A stretch of DNA of 39,297 bases, from assembly GCA_035360455.1 (NCBI GenBank), contig DAOSAR010000002.1, positions 1 through 39,297 of the forward strand, given 5' to 3'. Under the pieces are notes generated by a model that made no database searches, was not told the origin of the DNA, and was given only the letters and a program-made list of their open reading frames with translations. This document shows, piece by piece, positions 7,938-15,620 of the stretch. A program made the translations under genes and the position numbers. The first letter of the stretch is position 1; the number at the start of each line of letters is the position of its first letter. This stretch comes from Candidatus Pacearchaeota archaeon. GTDB taxonomy: Bacteria; Patescibacteriota; Minisyncoccia; Minisyncoccales; GCA-002788555.

Positions 7938-10139
7938 TTATTCAAAAACTACTTTTTCTTTAAAATCTTCTAATTTTTTTTGAAGGAGTGGATAATTTTT
8001 TAATTCCGGATCTTTTCCTAAGATTTTTTCTACCTCATTTTTAACATCTTCAACTAAAGAAGCATCAGAGAGCGAAGCCATTGCCAAATCCGGTATTCCT
8101 GCCTGCCGAGTTCCAATAAAGTCACCAGGCCCTCGAATCTTTAAATCTTTTTCAGCTAATTCAAAAGCATTTTGAGCTAAAGTAATTGCTTTTAATCTTT
8201 GCCAAGTTCTTTTTGCGTGAGATTCAGTAAACAAAAAACAATAACTTTGATGTTCACTCCTACCAACCCTTCCTCTAAATTGATAAAGCTGTGCTAAGCC
8301 AAAGCGATCTGCTCCTTCAATGATCATTACTGTAGCATTGGGAACATCAATTCCAACCTCAACTACTGGTGTTGAGACTAAAATTTGAATTTTTCCTTCT
8401 TTGAAATCCTTCATCACTTCTTCTTTTTCTTTTGGTTTCATTCTGCCATGCAAAAGTCCTAATTTTAAGTCAGGAAAAACTTCTTTTTTTAATCTTTTAA
8501 ATTCTTTTTCAGCTGCTTTAACTTCAGTTAAGGAAAGATAAACTCCAAATTGACTTTTTAAGGATGAAGGTTTGACTAACTTTTTTGATTCTTCTATTAA
8601 GGGGCAGATAATAAATCCTTGCCTTCCTTTTTGAACTTCTTTTCTTAAAAAATCATAAACTTTTTGGCGGTCTTTTGAAGGAACAATTTTAGTCAATATC
8701 TTTTTTCTTCCTTTTGGCAATTGACGAATTTGAGAAATTGAAAGATCTCCATACAATGCCAAAGCCAGCGTTCGAGGAATTGGAGTAGCTGTCATTGAAA
8801 GAGAATGGGGGATTAGTTGTTTGTTGTTGGTTTTAGAATTGCGTAAGAGTTTTGCTCTTTGTTCTACTCCGAACCTATGCTGTTCATCGACAACAACAAG
8901 TCCTAAATTTTTAAAACTTACTCTTTCCTGAATTAAACTATGAGTGCCAATTAAAATGTCAATCTTCTCATCTTTAATCATCTCTAAAAATTCTTTTTCA
9001 TCTATTTTTTTATCAACAATTTGCTCTTCGTTAGTTAAAAGATTTTTTTCTTCAATTTCATTTGCTAATCTTGCTTCACTACTTGTTAAGAGACCAATTT
9101 TTACTTTTAATCCCTTAAAAAGTTTTTTGAATTCCTTAAAATGCTGTTCAGCCAAAATTTCTGTTGGAGCCATTATCGCTACTTGATAGCCATTTTTTAC
9201 CGTAACAAAAGAAACAAGAGCTGCAACCACTGTTTTTCCAGATCCAACCTCGCCCTCAAGAAGCCGCGACATCGGTGAGCCTTTTTGCATATCATCTAAA
9301 ATCTCTCTGATGACTTTCTTTTGATCTTCAGTAAATGAGAAAGGTAAATTTTTTTTAAATTCTTCGATATATTCAGCTTTTGGAATAATTTTTGGAGCTT
9401 TTTGAGATTGAATTTTCTTTTTTTGTTTTTGATAAAAAAGCTGGATTAAAAATAGTTCTTCAAAAGCAAATCTTTTTTTAGCAATCTCCGCCTCTTTTTG
9501 TGTTTTTGGAAAATGGATTTGAAAAAGTGCTTCTTTGATTTCTGGAAAATTTTTCTCTTTTAAAATTTCCTCAGGCAAAAATTCTTCTATTTTTTGAGCA
9601 TATTTTGGAAGCAAAGTCCAGATAAGCCGTCGAAGATAGCGAGAAGATAATCCTTCAGTTTCTGGATAAACTGGCACCAAACCCTGAGTGTGAATAAAGA
9701 AATTTTCCTCATCTTCTTCATTATTTGAATCATTAATTTTTTCATAAGCTGGACTTGAAAGAAATATTCCACTGTTTGATTCTTTTACTTTTCCTACAAA
9801 ACTTCCTTTTGTTCCTTCTTTGAAAGTTTTTGCTAAATACGGTTGATTAAACCAAACAGCTTTTATTGTGCCAGTTTCATCTTCAATTAAAGCTTCGGTT
9901 AAAAACATTTTTCTTTTTGGAGTTCTTCTTGTGCTAATTTTTTTAATTTTTCCCTCAATAGTAACTTCTTCGCCAATTTTAACTTCGCTAACTTTTTTTA
10001 AGTTAGAAAAATCATCATAGCGGAAAGGGAAATGGTAAAAAAGATCTCCTAAGGTTTTGATTCCTAATTTTTGGAGCCTTTTTACATAAACAGGACCAAC
10101 ATATGGAAAAGATCCAATCGACTGACTAAGCACATCCAT
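7938..10139 (-). CDS. recG: ATP-dependent DNA helicase RecG
   Basis: 733 aa with a wedge/OB N-terminus and helicase motifs GEVGSGKTVVA, VVDEQHRFGV, SMTATPIPRTLA and QLYQFRGRVGRS. A roughly 18-aa insertion follows LIEES. Confidence 0.92.
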   Translation of the reverse strand: MDVLSQSIGSFPYVGPVYVKRLQKLGIKTLGDLFYHFPFRYDDFSNLKKVSEVKIGEEVTIEGKIKKISTRRTPKRKMFLTEALIEDETGTIKAVWFNQPYLAKTFKEGTKGSFVGKVKESNSGIFLSSPAYEKINDSNNEEDEENFFIHTQGLVPVYPETEGLSSRYLRRLIWTLLPKYAQKIEEFLPEEILKEKNFPEIKEALFQIHFPKTQKEAEIAKKRFAFEELFLIQLFYQKQKKKIQSQKAPKIIPKAEYIEEFKKNLPFSFTEDQKKVIREILDDMQKGSPMSRLLEGEVGSGKTVVAALVSFVTVKNGYQVAIMAPTEILAEQHFKEFKKLFKGLKVKIGLLTSSEARLANEIEEKNLLTNEEQIVDKKIDEKEFLEMIKDEKIDILIGTHSLIQERVSFKNLGLVVVDEQHRFGVEQRAKLLRNSKTNNKQLIPHSLSMTATPIPRTLALALYGDLSISQIRQLPKGRKKILTKIVPSKDRQKVYDFLRKEVQKGRQGFIICPLIEESKKLVKPSSLKSQFGVYLSLTEVKAAEKEFKRLKKEVFPDLKLGLLHGRMKPKEKEEVMKDFKEGKIQILVSTPVVEVGIDVPNATVMIIEGADRFGLAQLYQFRGRVGRSEHQSYCFLFTESHAKRTWQRLKAITLAQNAFELAEKDLKIRGPGDFIGTRQAGIPDLAMASLSDASLVEDVKNEVEKILGKDPELKNYPLLQKKLEDFKEKVVFE

Positions 10140-10181
10140 TTTTTAGTTTAGAAATGAAAATTGAAAATTTACTAATGTATA

Positions 10182-10254
10182 TGTCCCCAGGAGGACTCGA
10201 ACCTCCAATCTCAAGGTCCGCAACCTTGTGTTCTGTCCATTAAACTATGGGGAC
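10182..10254 (-). tRNA. tRNA-Arg with a genomically encoded GCG anticodon
   Basis: Minus-strand sequence GTCCCCATAGTTTAATGGACAGAACACAAGGTTGCGGACCTTGAGATTGGAGGTTCGAGTCCTCCTGGGGACA. All four stems are regular, the anticodon loop is TTGCGGA, and A20 is present in the D loop. Confidence 0.85.
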
Positions 10255-10255
10255 A

Positions 10256-10375
10256 GTTTTGGTTTCGAGCATCCCTCAAGACACCAGTAATTTTACTTCG
10301 TAAAATTCTGGTTTCTTGCGTCAGTCACTTCGTTCCTTCCTATCTTCCCGAAACCAAAACATGGGAGGAACCCAT
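10256..10375. ncRNA. Candidate structured RNA/DNA element of unknown class next to tRNA-Arg
   Basis: A 12-bp closing stem GTTTTGGTTTCG (10256-10267) / CGAAACCAAAAC (10349-10360) encloses a long hairpin (CAAGA..CCAG-AATTTTAC-loop-GTAAAATT-CTGG..TCTTG). One internal strand is purine- or pyrimidine-rich depending on the strand read. A hairpin ATGGG-aggaa-CCCAT follows (10361-10375). The region is visibly GC-richer than neighbouring spacers and holds no ORF. Confidence 0.3.
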
Positions 10376-10424
10376 ACCCCATAATAGTTTTGGTTCCGTA
10401 ATAGATTCGTAATTCGTTGATTTG

Positions 10425-10916
10425 TTATAGTCCTAATTTTTTACCAATCGTGTCGAATGCATTTCTTTGAGCTTCTTTTTCGGGAAGATAATTTAAAAGA
10501 ATATTTTTTACTCTAATAATGTCTCGCTTATACAAAGGAAGGCTAATATAAGAAGGAAAATTTTTTTTATTTTTAATATAAACTTCTACTGGCTCTTCGA
10601 ATATCCAAAAACTTTCAAGATTTTTCCAGGGGAAAAGTTCATTTTCTATTTTAATGCCTCTTTCAATAATAGCGAAAGATTGTTCTTTAGATTGTCTTGG
10701 AAAGAAAAATATTAAAAAAATAATGACCGCTACTAACGCTGCTCCAAAATAATTTTTCTGCCATAAGAATAAAGCCATGCAAATAATTAAAAAACTAGTT
10801 ATTCCTATCTGCCATTTTTTATCAATTTCATCTTCTTTTTTATATTTCCATTTGAAAAGAGTTTCCTGTGGCTCAGGGCTTGTTTCTTTTTTTTGGAGAT
10901 CAATATGTTTTTCCAT
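10425..10916 (-). CDS. Hypothetical two-TM membrane protein
   Basis: 163-aa ORF with two adjacent hydrophobic helices (ITSFLIICMALFLW, AALVAVIIFLIFFF). I recognise no family. Confidence 0.65.
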   Translation of the reverse strand: MEKHIDLQKKETSPEPQETLFKWKYKKEDEIDKKWQIGITSFLIICMALFLWQKNYFGAALVAVIIFLIFFFPRQSKEQSFAIIERGIKIENELFPWKNLESFWIFEEPVEVYIKNKKNFPSYISLPLYKRDIIRVKNILLNYLPEKEAQRNAFDTIGKKLGL

Positions 10917-10940
10917 TTTGTAAGGTTATTAGTTGTAAAG

Positions 10941-11432
10941 TTATCTTAGGCAATGGTCGGCTACGGATGTAGCGCCAAAAGATTCTGGTTTAATTTTTAC
11001 CTCAAAACCATTTCCTTTTACCATTCCCACTATTTCTTTTATCATTTCTTTCGTTTCTCCAACTTGGCCAATATCTGTATGGATTTCAAGATCTTTAAAA
11101 TTATTAGGTTGTTTTTTTTGGAATTTTTTTTCTAATGCTTCTCTTAGTTTAGTTGCCAGGATTAAAGATTTCATTGTTTCTTCGTAAATTCTTGTTCTTA
11201 AGGTATATTTTTTTCCAGTTTTAGATTTTTGGTAAAAAAATCTTCCTCCTTTCCCTTGTCGATGAATAACAATAGCAGTTACAAATTCTGGATATTCTTT
11301 CCCTTCAGAATCAGTTCCTACAACTAGTTTATAAATTTCTTTTGGATCTTTCAATATAAAATCAACCAGGTTATCGACAACTTGATTAAAACTCATTTTT
11401 CCATATGTTGGGCTTTGAAAATAATCAGACAT
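10941..11432 (-). CDS. YkuK/DUF458-like (RNase H-like fold) protein
   Basis: VVGTDSEGKEYPEFVTAIVIHRQGKGGRFFY and the C-terminal region resemble the YkuK family as I remember it. Confidence 0.55.
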   Translation of the reverse strand: MSDYFQSPTYGKMSFNQVVDNLVDFILKDPKEIYKLVVGTDSEGKEYPEFVTAIVIHRQGKGGRFFYQKSKTGKKYTLRTRIYEETMKSLILATKLREALEKKFQKKQPNNFKDLEIHTDIGQVGETKEMIKEIVGMVKGNGFEVKIKPESFGATSVADHCLR

Positions 11433-11595
11433 ATTGTATTTGAATAGCCTTAGTGAATAGGCACATCCAATTTATATTCTAATTAGCGATTCCAATCTAT
11501 ATACCTCCTCGCAGATGTTTTAACAATACAGACAGGATAGATGACATCAAAATATTCAAGTTATTCGGATGCATTCGTAATTTCGGATTGCATTT

Positions 11596-13029
11596 TTATG
11601 TTTTTTTCTTTGCTTCTTCGATTGCTTTTTTTACTTCCTCAATATTTGGCTTTTTCGGTTTTTTAAAAGGAATCGGTTTCTTTTTGGGAAGTTCCGAAAG
11701 GGAAATTTGAGGAATTTCTCTTCTCTCTTTTTCTATTATCTTTTTAGTTTCTTCTGTTCCGCTCCAACGAGCAATTTTTTCTTCAACTTTTTCTCTTTTT
11801 GTTCCATATCGTTCACGAGAAACTTTGATAATTTTCTCTCGATAACTTTTTTCAGGCCTTTTCTGAGGAGGCAGAGTTTCTGCTGAAAATGGTCGAGAAG
11901 TAATTCCATCTACCATTAACTTTAAATATATATTATATTTTGGCAAATTTACAAGGTCGTGTAAATAAAATTCTGGTTTAAATTCTTTTTCTAAAAATTC
12001 TGCATCAGCTGCTCCCACTCGAAAAGAAACAATCGTGCCAATGTTGCCAAAAACCGCATCTCTAACTGTTTCTTCAAGCTGGCTAATATATTGATGGGCT
12101 AAAATAAGAGAAAGTCGATATTTTCTTGCTTCAGAAAGAATGGTGGCGAAAGATTCAGTAGCAAAATTTTGAAACTCATCTACGTATAAAAAGAAATCTT
12201 TTCTTTCCTCTTCAGGAATATCAATCCTTGACATTGCAGCTAACTGTAATTTTGTTATTAAGAGAGCTCCTAATAGCCTTGAAGGATCCTCGCCAATCCG
12301 CCCTTTTGATAAATTTAAAATTAAAATTTTTTCCTCATCCATTACTTTTCTCATATCAATGCTTGACTTTACCTGTCCAACAATATTTCGAATAAGTGGA
12401 GAAGAAATAAACTGCCCAACTTTATTTTGAATAGGAGCAACTGCTTCTTCTCTAAAGCGTGGAGGATACTGAGCAAATTCTTTTACCCAAAAAGATTTTA
12501 TGGCCGGATCAGTAATTTTCTCAACAATTTTATCCCGGTACTCTTTGTCTGAAAGCATGCGATTAATTCCAAGCAAAGTAGTTCCTGGTACTTCAAGCAA
12601 AGCTAAAATAGTATTATTTAAAATATATTCCATTCTTGCACTCCAGACATCAGGCCAAATTTTTTTAAAAACCCCTAAAAGCCCTGAAGAAACTAAATGT
12701 CGTTTAGAAAAATCAACCCTTTCCATAACATTAAAAGCGATAGGATATTCAATATCTGCTGGATTAAAATAAATTACGTCATTAATTCGATTTTTAGGAA
12801 CAAAATCTAACACTTTTTCAGCAAACTCTCCATGAGGATCAACAATTCCCACACCTCTTCCTTTTTGAATATCTTGAATTGCCATATTCTCCAAAAGACA
12901 ACTTTTTCCCATCCCTGTTTTTCCAATAATATACATATGCCGACGTCGATCGTCGGTTTTTATTCCAAATACTTTTTCTTTTCCGTGATAAACTGTTTTT
13001 GCAAAATGGACCACATCTTCTTCTGCCAT
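11596..13029 (-). CDS. TraD/VirD4/HerA-FtsK-superfamily P-loop NTPase without a TM domain
   Basis: Walker A IIGKTGMGKSCLLENM, Walker B-like FFLYVDEFQNFAT, and ILAHQYISQL. The overall layout is that of T4SS coupling-protein soluble domains, with a Lys-rich C-terminal tail. Confidence 0.7.
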   Translation of the reverse strand: MAEEDVVHFAKTVYHGKEKVFGIKTDDRRRHMYIIGKTGMGKSCLLENMAIQDIQKGRGVGIVDPHGEFAEKVLDFVPKNRINDVIYFNPADIEYPIAFNVMERVDFSKRHLVSSGLLGVFKKIWPDVWSARMEYILNNTILALLEVPGTTLLGINRMLSDKEYRDKIVEKITDPAIKSFWVKEFAQYPPRFREEAVAPIQNKVGQFISSPLIRNIVGQVKSSIDMRKVMDEEKILILNLSKGRIGEDPSRLLGALLITKLQLAAMSRIDIPEEERKDFFLYVDEFQNFATESFATILSEARKYRLSLILAHQYISQLEETVRDAVFGNIGTIVSFRVGAADAEFLEKEFKPEFYLHDLVNLPKYNIYLKLMVDGITSRPFSAETLPPQKRPEKSYREKIIKVSRERYGTKREKVEEKIARWSGTEETKKIIEKERREIPQISLSELPKKKPIPFKKPKKPNIEEVKKAIEEAKKKT

Positions 13030-13046
13030 AAACTTTTAATTTATTG

Positions 13047-14324
13047 TTACGTTGGTAAATTTGGCGGTACTTCACCTTTCTTTAATTCAACACGAGGAAC
13101 AGAAGCCGCAGGTACAACATTTTTTCCTGGGAAATGGTAAAGCGTTGCTAATTCTTCAGTGGAAAAAATATAAGGTCCGCGATGCCACGGCCAGAGTCTT
13201 TTTGTATAATGTCTGAAAATTTTCCTTCTTCTTACATAAAGACGTCTATCTTCAAAAAACCAAGGAGCAACCTTTGTTTTGCTTTTATCAGGAGTGAAAG
13301 CATTTAAATTTACTGTTGCAAATTGATTAAATGCTGCCATCGTTGAAGATACTCCTCTGGGTGGAGAATAAATATTGCGCTTGGCAATGTATAAAAAACG
13401 AATATTTCCTTCATAGACATATTTTCCGAGATTTTCTTCAATTGCCCGCAAAGCTTCTGCTTCGCCGGGACTTAATTTCATTAAACCGACATCTAACCCA
13501 CTTGGCATTTTTTCTTCTGCTGCTGGTGGAATAGGTTTGCCCTCAATTAAAACTGTCCAAATATCAGAGGGAATTTTAGAAAGCTGAAGAGGCGCTAAAA
13601 CTCCCGGCTTTTTTTCTTGAGGTCTTTTCATTATTTTATTAATAATTTTTTGCGCCTCTGCAATATAAGGGTGATCATCGTCAGTAACTGGTGAAGCTTT
13701 GATTTGAACCCAAACCTCTTCTCCTTCTTCTAAATTGCCAAAAGCTTCAAAAAGAGTAGCTAAAGGGTCTAATCTTTTTTCTTCCCGCGTCATTTCAGTT
13801 TCCCAATAAGTATAAGTTTTAATCGGATAAGCATCTGGTTTTACTAACTTTAAATCTGCTCCCCAAAGATTATAATCTTCATTAGGGATATCCTTCCCAA
13901 AGTTATTTACATAATCATCTACTTCTTTAATTTCTGCTCCCGGATATTCAGCCCAAATAGCTGATTTGACTAATTGTTGATGAGTAGAAGGCGTTCTAAT
14001 ATAAAAATGAACTTGATCTCTTTTTCCGACAATTTCAAAGCTATAATAAAGAAGGCCTTTACCTTCTACCCAATAGTCTTTAATGTTTGATGGAGTGTCG
14101 TATAGTGACCATAAAGAATGAAAAACATTCTCCATTGCTTTTGGAGTTTTCTCTATTTCTTCAGGAATTCTTATTTCAAGCATTGTCCACTTAATAGTAT
14201 TTGACCAAAGATCTCTTTTTGCCCAAAGATAAAAATATTTTGCTGGAAAATAAAGTAAAATTGCTAGCCATAGCCACCAGAGCGAAGCTAAAAGATTAAG
14301 AAATTGCGAAAGAAGAAGGGGCAT
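13047..14324 (-). CDS. Membrane-anchored partner protein of the downstream NTPase
   Basis: N-terminal TM helix (LLASLWWLWLAILLYF). The C-terminus is ...IFSTEELATLYHFPG. The gene lies 17 nt upstream of the NTPase gene on the same strand. Confidence 0.65.
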   Translation of the reverse strand: MPLLLSQFLNLLASLWWLWLAILLYFPAKYFYLWAKRDLWSNTIKWTMLEIRIPEEIEKTPKAMENVFHSLWSLYDTPSNIKDYWVEGKGLLYYSFEIVGKRDQVHFYIRTPSTHQQLVKSAIWAEYPGAEIKEVDDYVNNFGKDIPNEDYNLWGADLKLVKPDAYPIKTYTYWETEMTREEKRLDPLATLFEAFGNLEEGEEVWVQIKASPVTDDDHPYIAEAQKIINKIMKRPQEKKPGVLAPLQLSKIPSDIWTVLIEGKPIPPAAEEKMPSGLDVGLMKLSPGEAEALRAIEENLGKYVYEGNIRFLYIAKRNIYSPPRGVSSTMAAFNQFATVNLNAFTPDKSKTKVAPWFFEDRRLYVRRRKIFRHYTKRLWPWHRGPYIFSTEELATLYHFPGKNVVPAASVPRVELKKGEVPPNLPT

Positions 14325-14366
14325 AATAAAAAATCAAATTTAAGATTAGAAATTAAATAAAATTAG

Positions 14367-15401
14367 TTATGTTCTATATTTTCCTTCTTCGGTTTTTTGG
14401 AAATATTGAAGGTTTAAAAGGATAGTGCTTTCTTTCACCAGTCTTTGTTTTTGAACTTCTTGAATGATCTTTTCCTTGGAGAGTGGCCCTTTTTCTCTTA
14501 AAATTTCTTCAATTACCTCTCTCACTGTTCCGTCTTTATAGCCCCATTCTTTAAGTCCGTAAGTTCCTCTTCCAACTAAAACAAAGTTTTCATTTTTAAT
14601 AAGCTCATTATGAAGAGTATTCACTTGAATTGGTCTTTGAAGTTTTTCTTCAATTAGTTTTGCTAATTCCTGGAAGTGTAAAGGAGTTTTTTCTTTCTTT
14701 AGGACAAGATAAGCTTCATCGCGAACGCATCGTGGATTAATTTCTGGCCACCAGATGGGTCCATATTCTCCAAAAGGATTTTCTTCTATCTTTTTTGTTG
14801 CTTCAACAAAAGAAAGAATATGATTCTCTGGAATGTTTATTCTTAAAGATTTTTTTGCTTCTTTTTTACCTATTTCCAAAACTTCTTCTTTTTGGAATGT
14901 TTTTCTTTCTTTTTCCATAAATTCTATTAATAAGCCAACAATCCTTTCGGCAATATTTGAAGCTTCTGGTTTGGTTTTCCATAATGAATAAAAAGAAGGA
15001 GAATCGGGTTGGAATAAAAATGGTCCGCCAACTTTTAAGATAAGCAAAAGATACGGTTTAAAATCTGGTCCTGGGGAAAATGTTTTTTCTAAAAGATCTT
15101 CTTTTTTTAACCCTCCATTTTGATCAATAAAATGTTTAATTTCTATTAGTGGCTGTTTTAAATAAGAAAACTGAGGATTACTTTTAAAAAGTTCTAATCC
15201 TTTATTTTCAATTTGTCTTATCCTTTCCCGAGTAACACCAAAATCTTTACCAATTTTTTCTAAAGTTTCAGGTTGGTTTGAATTTTCTTCTTTGTTTCCA
15301 ATGCCAAAGCGACGCGACAAAACTTCTTTATTGCGTTCAGGGAGTTCTTGCAAAATTCCATCAATAGTTTTTTTGCAATCATTAAGTTTCAAGTTATCCA
15401 T
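14367..15401 (-). CDS. Sigma-70 region-4-like HTH fused to a C-terminal HARE-HTH-like domain
   Basis: LPERNKEVLSRRFGI...ETLEKIGKDFGVTRERIRQIENKGLELFK is a region 4 pattern. The C-terminus PLHFQELAKLIEEKL...NENFVLVGRGTYGLKEW resembles HARE-HTH (the RpoE-delta N-domain type). I see no sigma region 2. Confidence 0.65.
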   Translation of the reverse strand: MDNLKLNDCKKTIDGILQELPERNKEVLSRRFGIGNKEENSNQPETLEKIGKDFGVTRERIRQIENKGLELFKSNPQFSYLKQPLIEIKHFIDQNGGLKKEDLLEKTFSPGPDFKPYLLLILKVGGPFLFQPDSPSFYSLWKTKPEASNIAERIVGLLIEFMEKERKTFQKEEVLEIGKKEAKKSLRINIPENHILSFVEATKKIEENPFGEYGPIWWPEINPRCVRDEAYLVLKKEKTPLHFQELAKLIEEKLQRPIQVNTLHNELIKNENFVLVGRGTYGLKEWGYKDGTVREVIEEILREKGPLSKEKIIQEVQKQRLVKESTILLNLQYFQKTEEGKYRT

Positions 15402-15526
15402 ATCTCTATAAGTATATTAAGCGCGAACTTCTTAAAAGGGGATTTACGTAGAAATATATGTGGGATTAATGCGGATAAAAACGTTATATATCCTTATTCT
15501 TTCTATCATAATTAAAATTTCTTCTC

Positions 15527-15555
15527 TTGTCAAATTAGAGGATTTGTGGTAAGAT
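15527..15555 (+). promoter_or_regulatory. Promoter candidate for murA
   Basis: TTGTCA, a 17-nt spacer, then TAAGAT preceded by TGG (extended -10-like). Confidence 0.4.
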
Positions 15556-15620
15556 GGAACAATTATCAAGAAATCTATTTGAATATTTAAAATCATTGTT
15601 TATAATTTATTTACTAATTT

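Noticed and set aside
8944-9772. ORFs 8944..9186(+) and 9587..9772(-) within recG
   Set aside because: They are antisense or out-of-frame overlaps of a confidently identified helicase.
10256-10360. SRP (4.5S) RNA, 6S RNA or a second tRNA next to tRNA-Arg
   Set aside because: The GGAAGGAAC segment superficially recalls SRP domain IV, but the complementary GUCAGGUCC strand and the GNRA-capped helix 8 are absent. There is no T-loop and no cloverleaf.
12500-13140. ORFs 12500..12772(+), 12832..13140(+) and 12839..13075(-) overlapping the NTPase gene and its partner
   Set aside because: They are shadow ORFs opposite to, or out of frame with, two well-supported genes.
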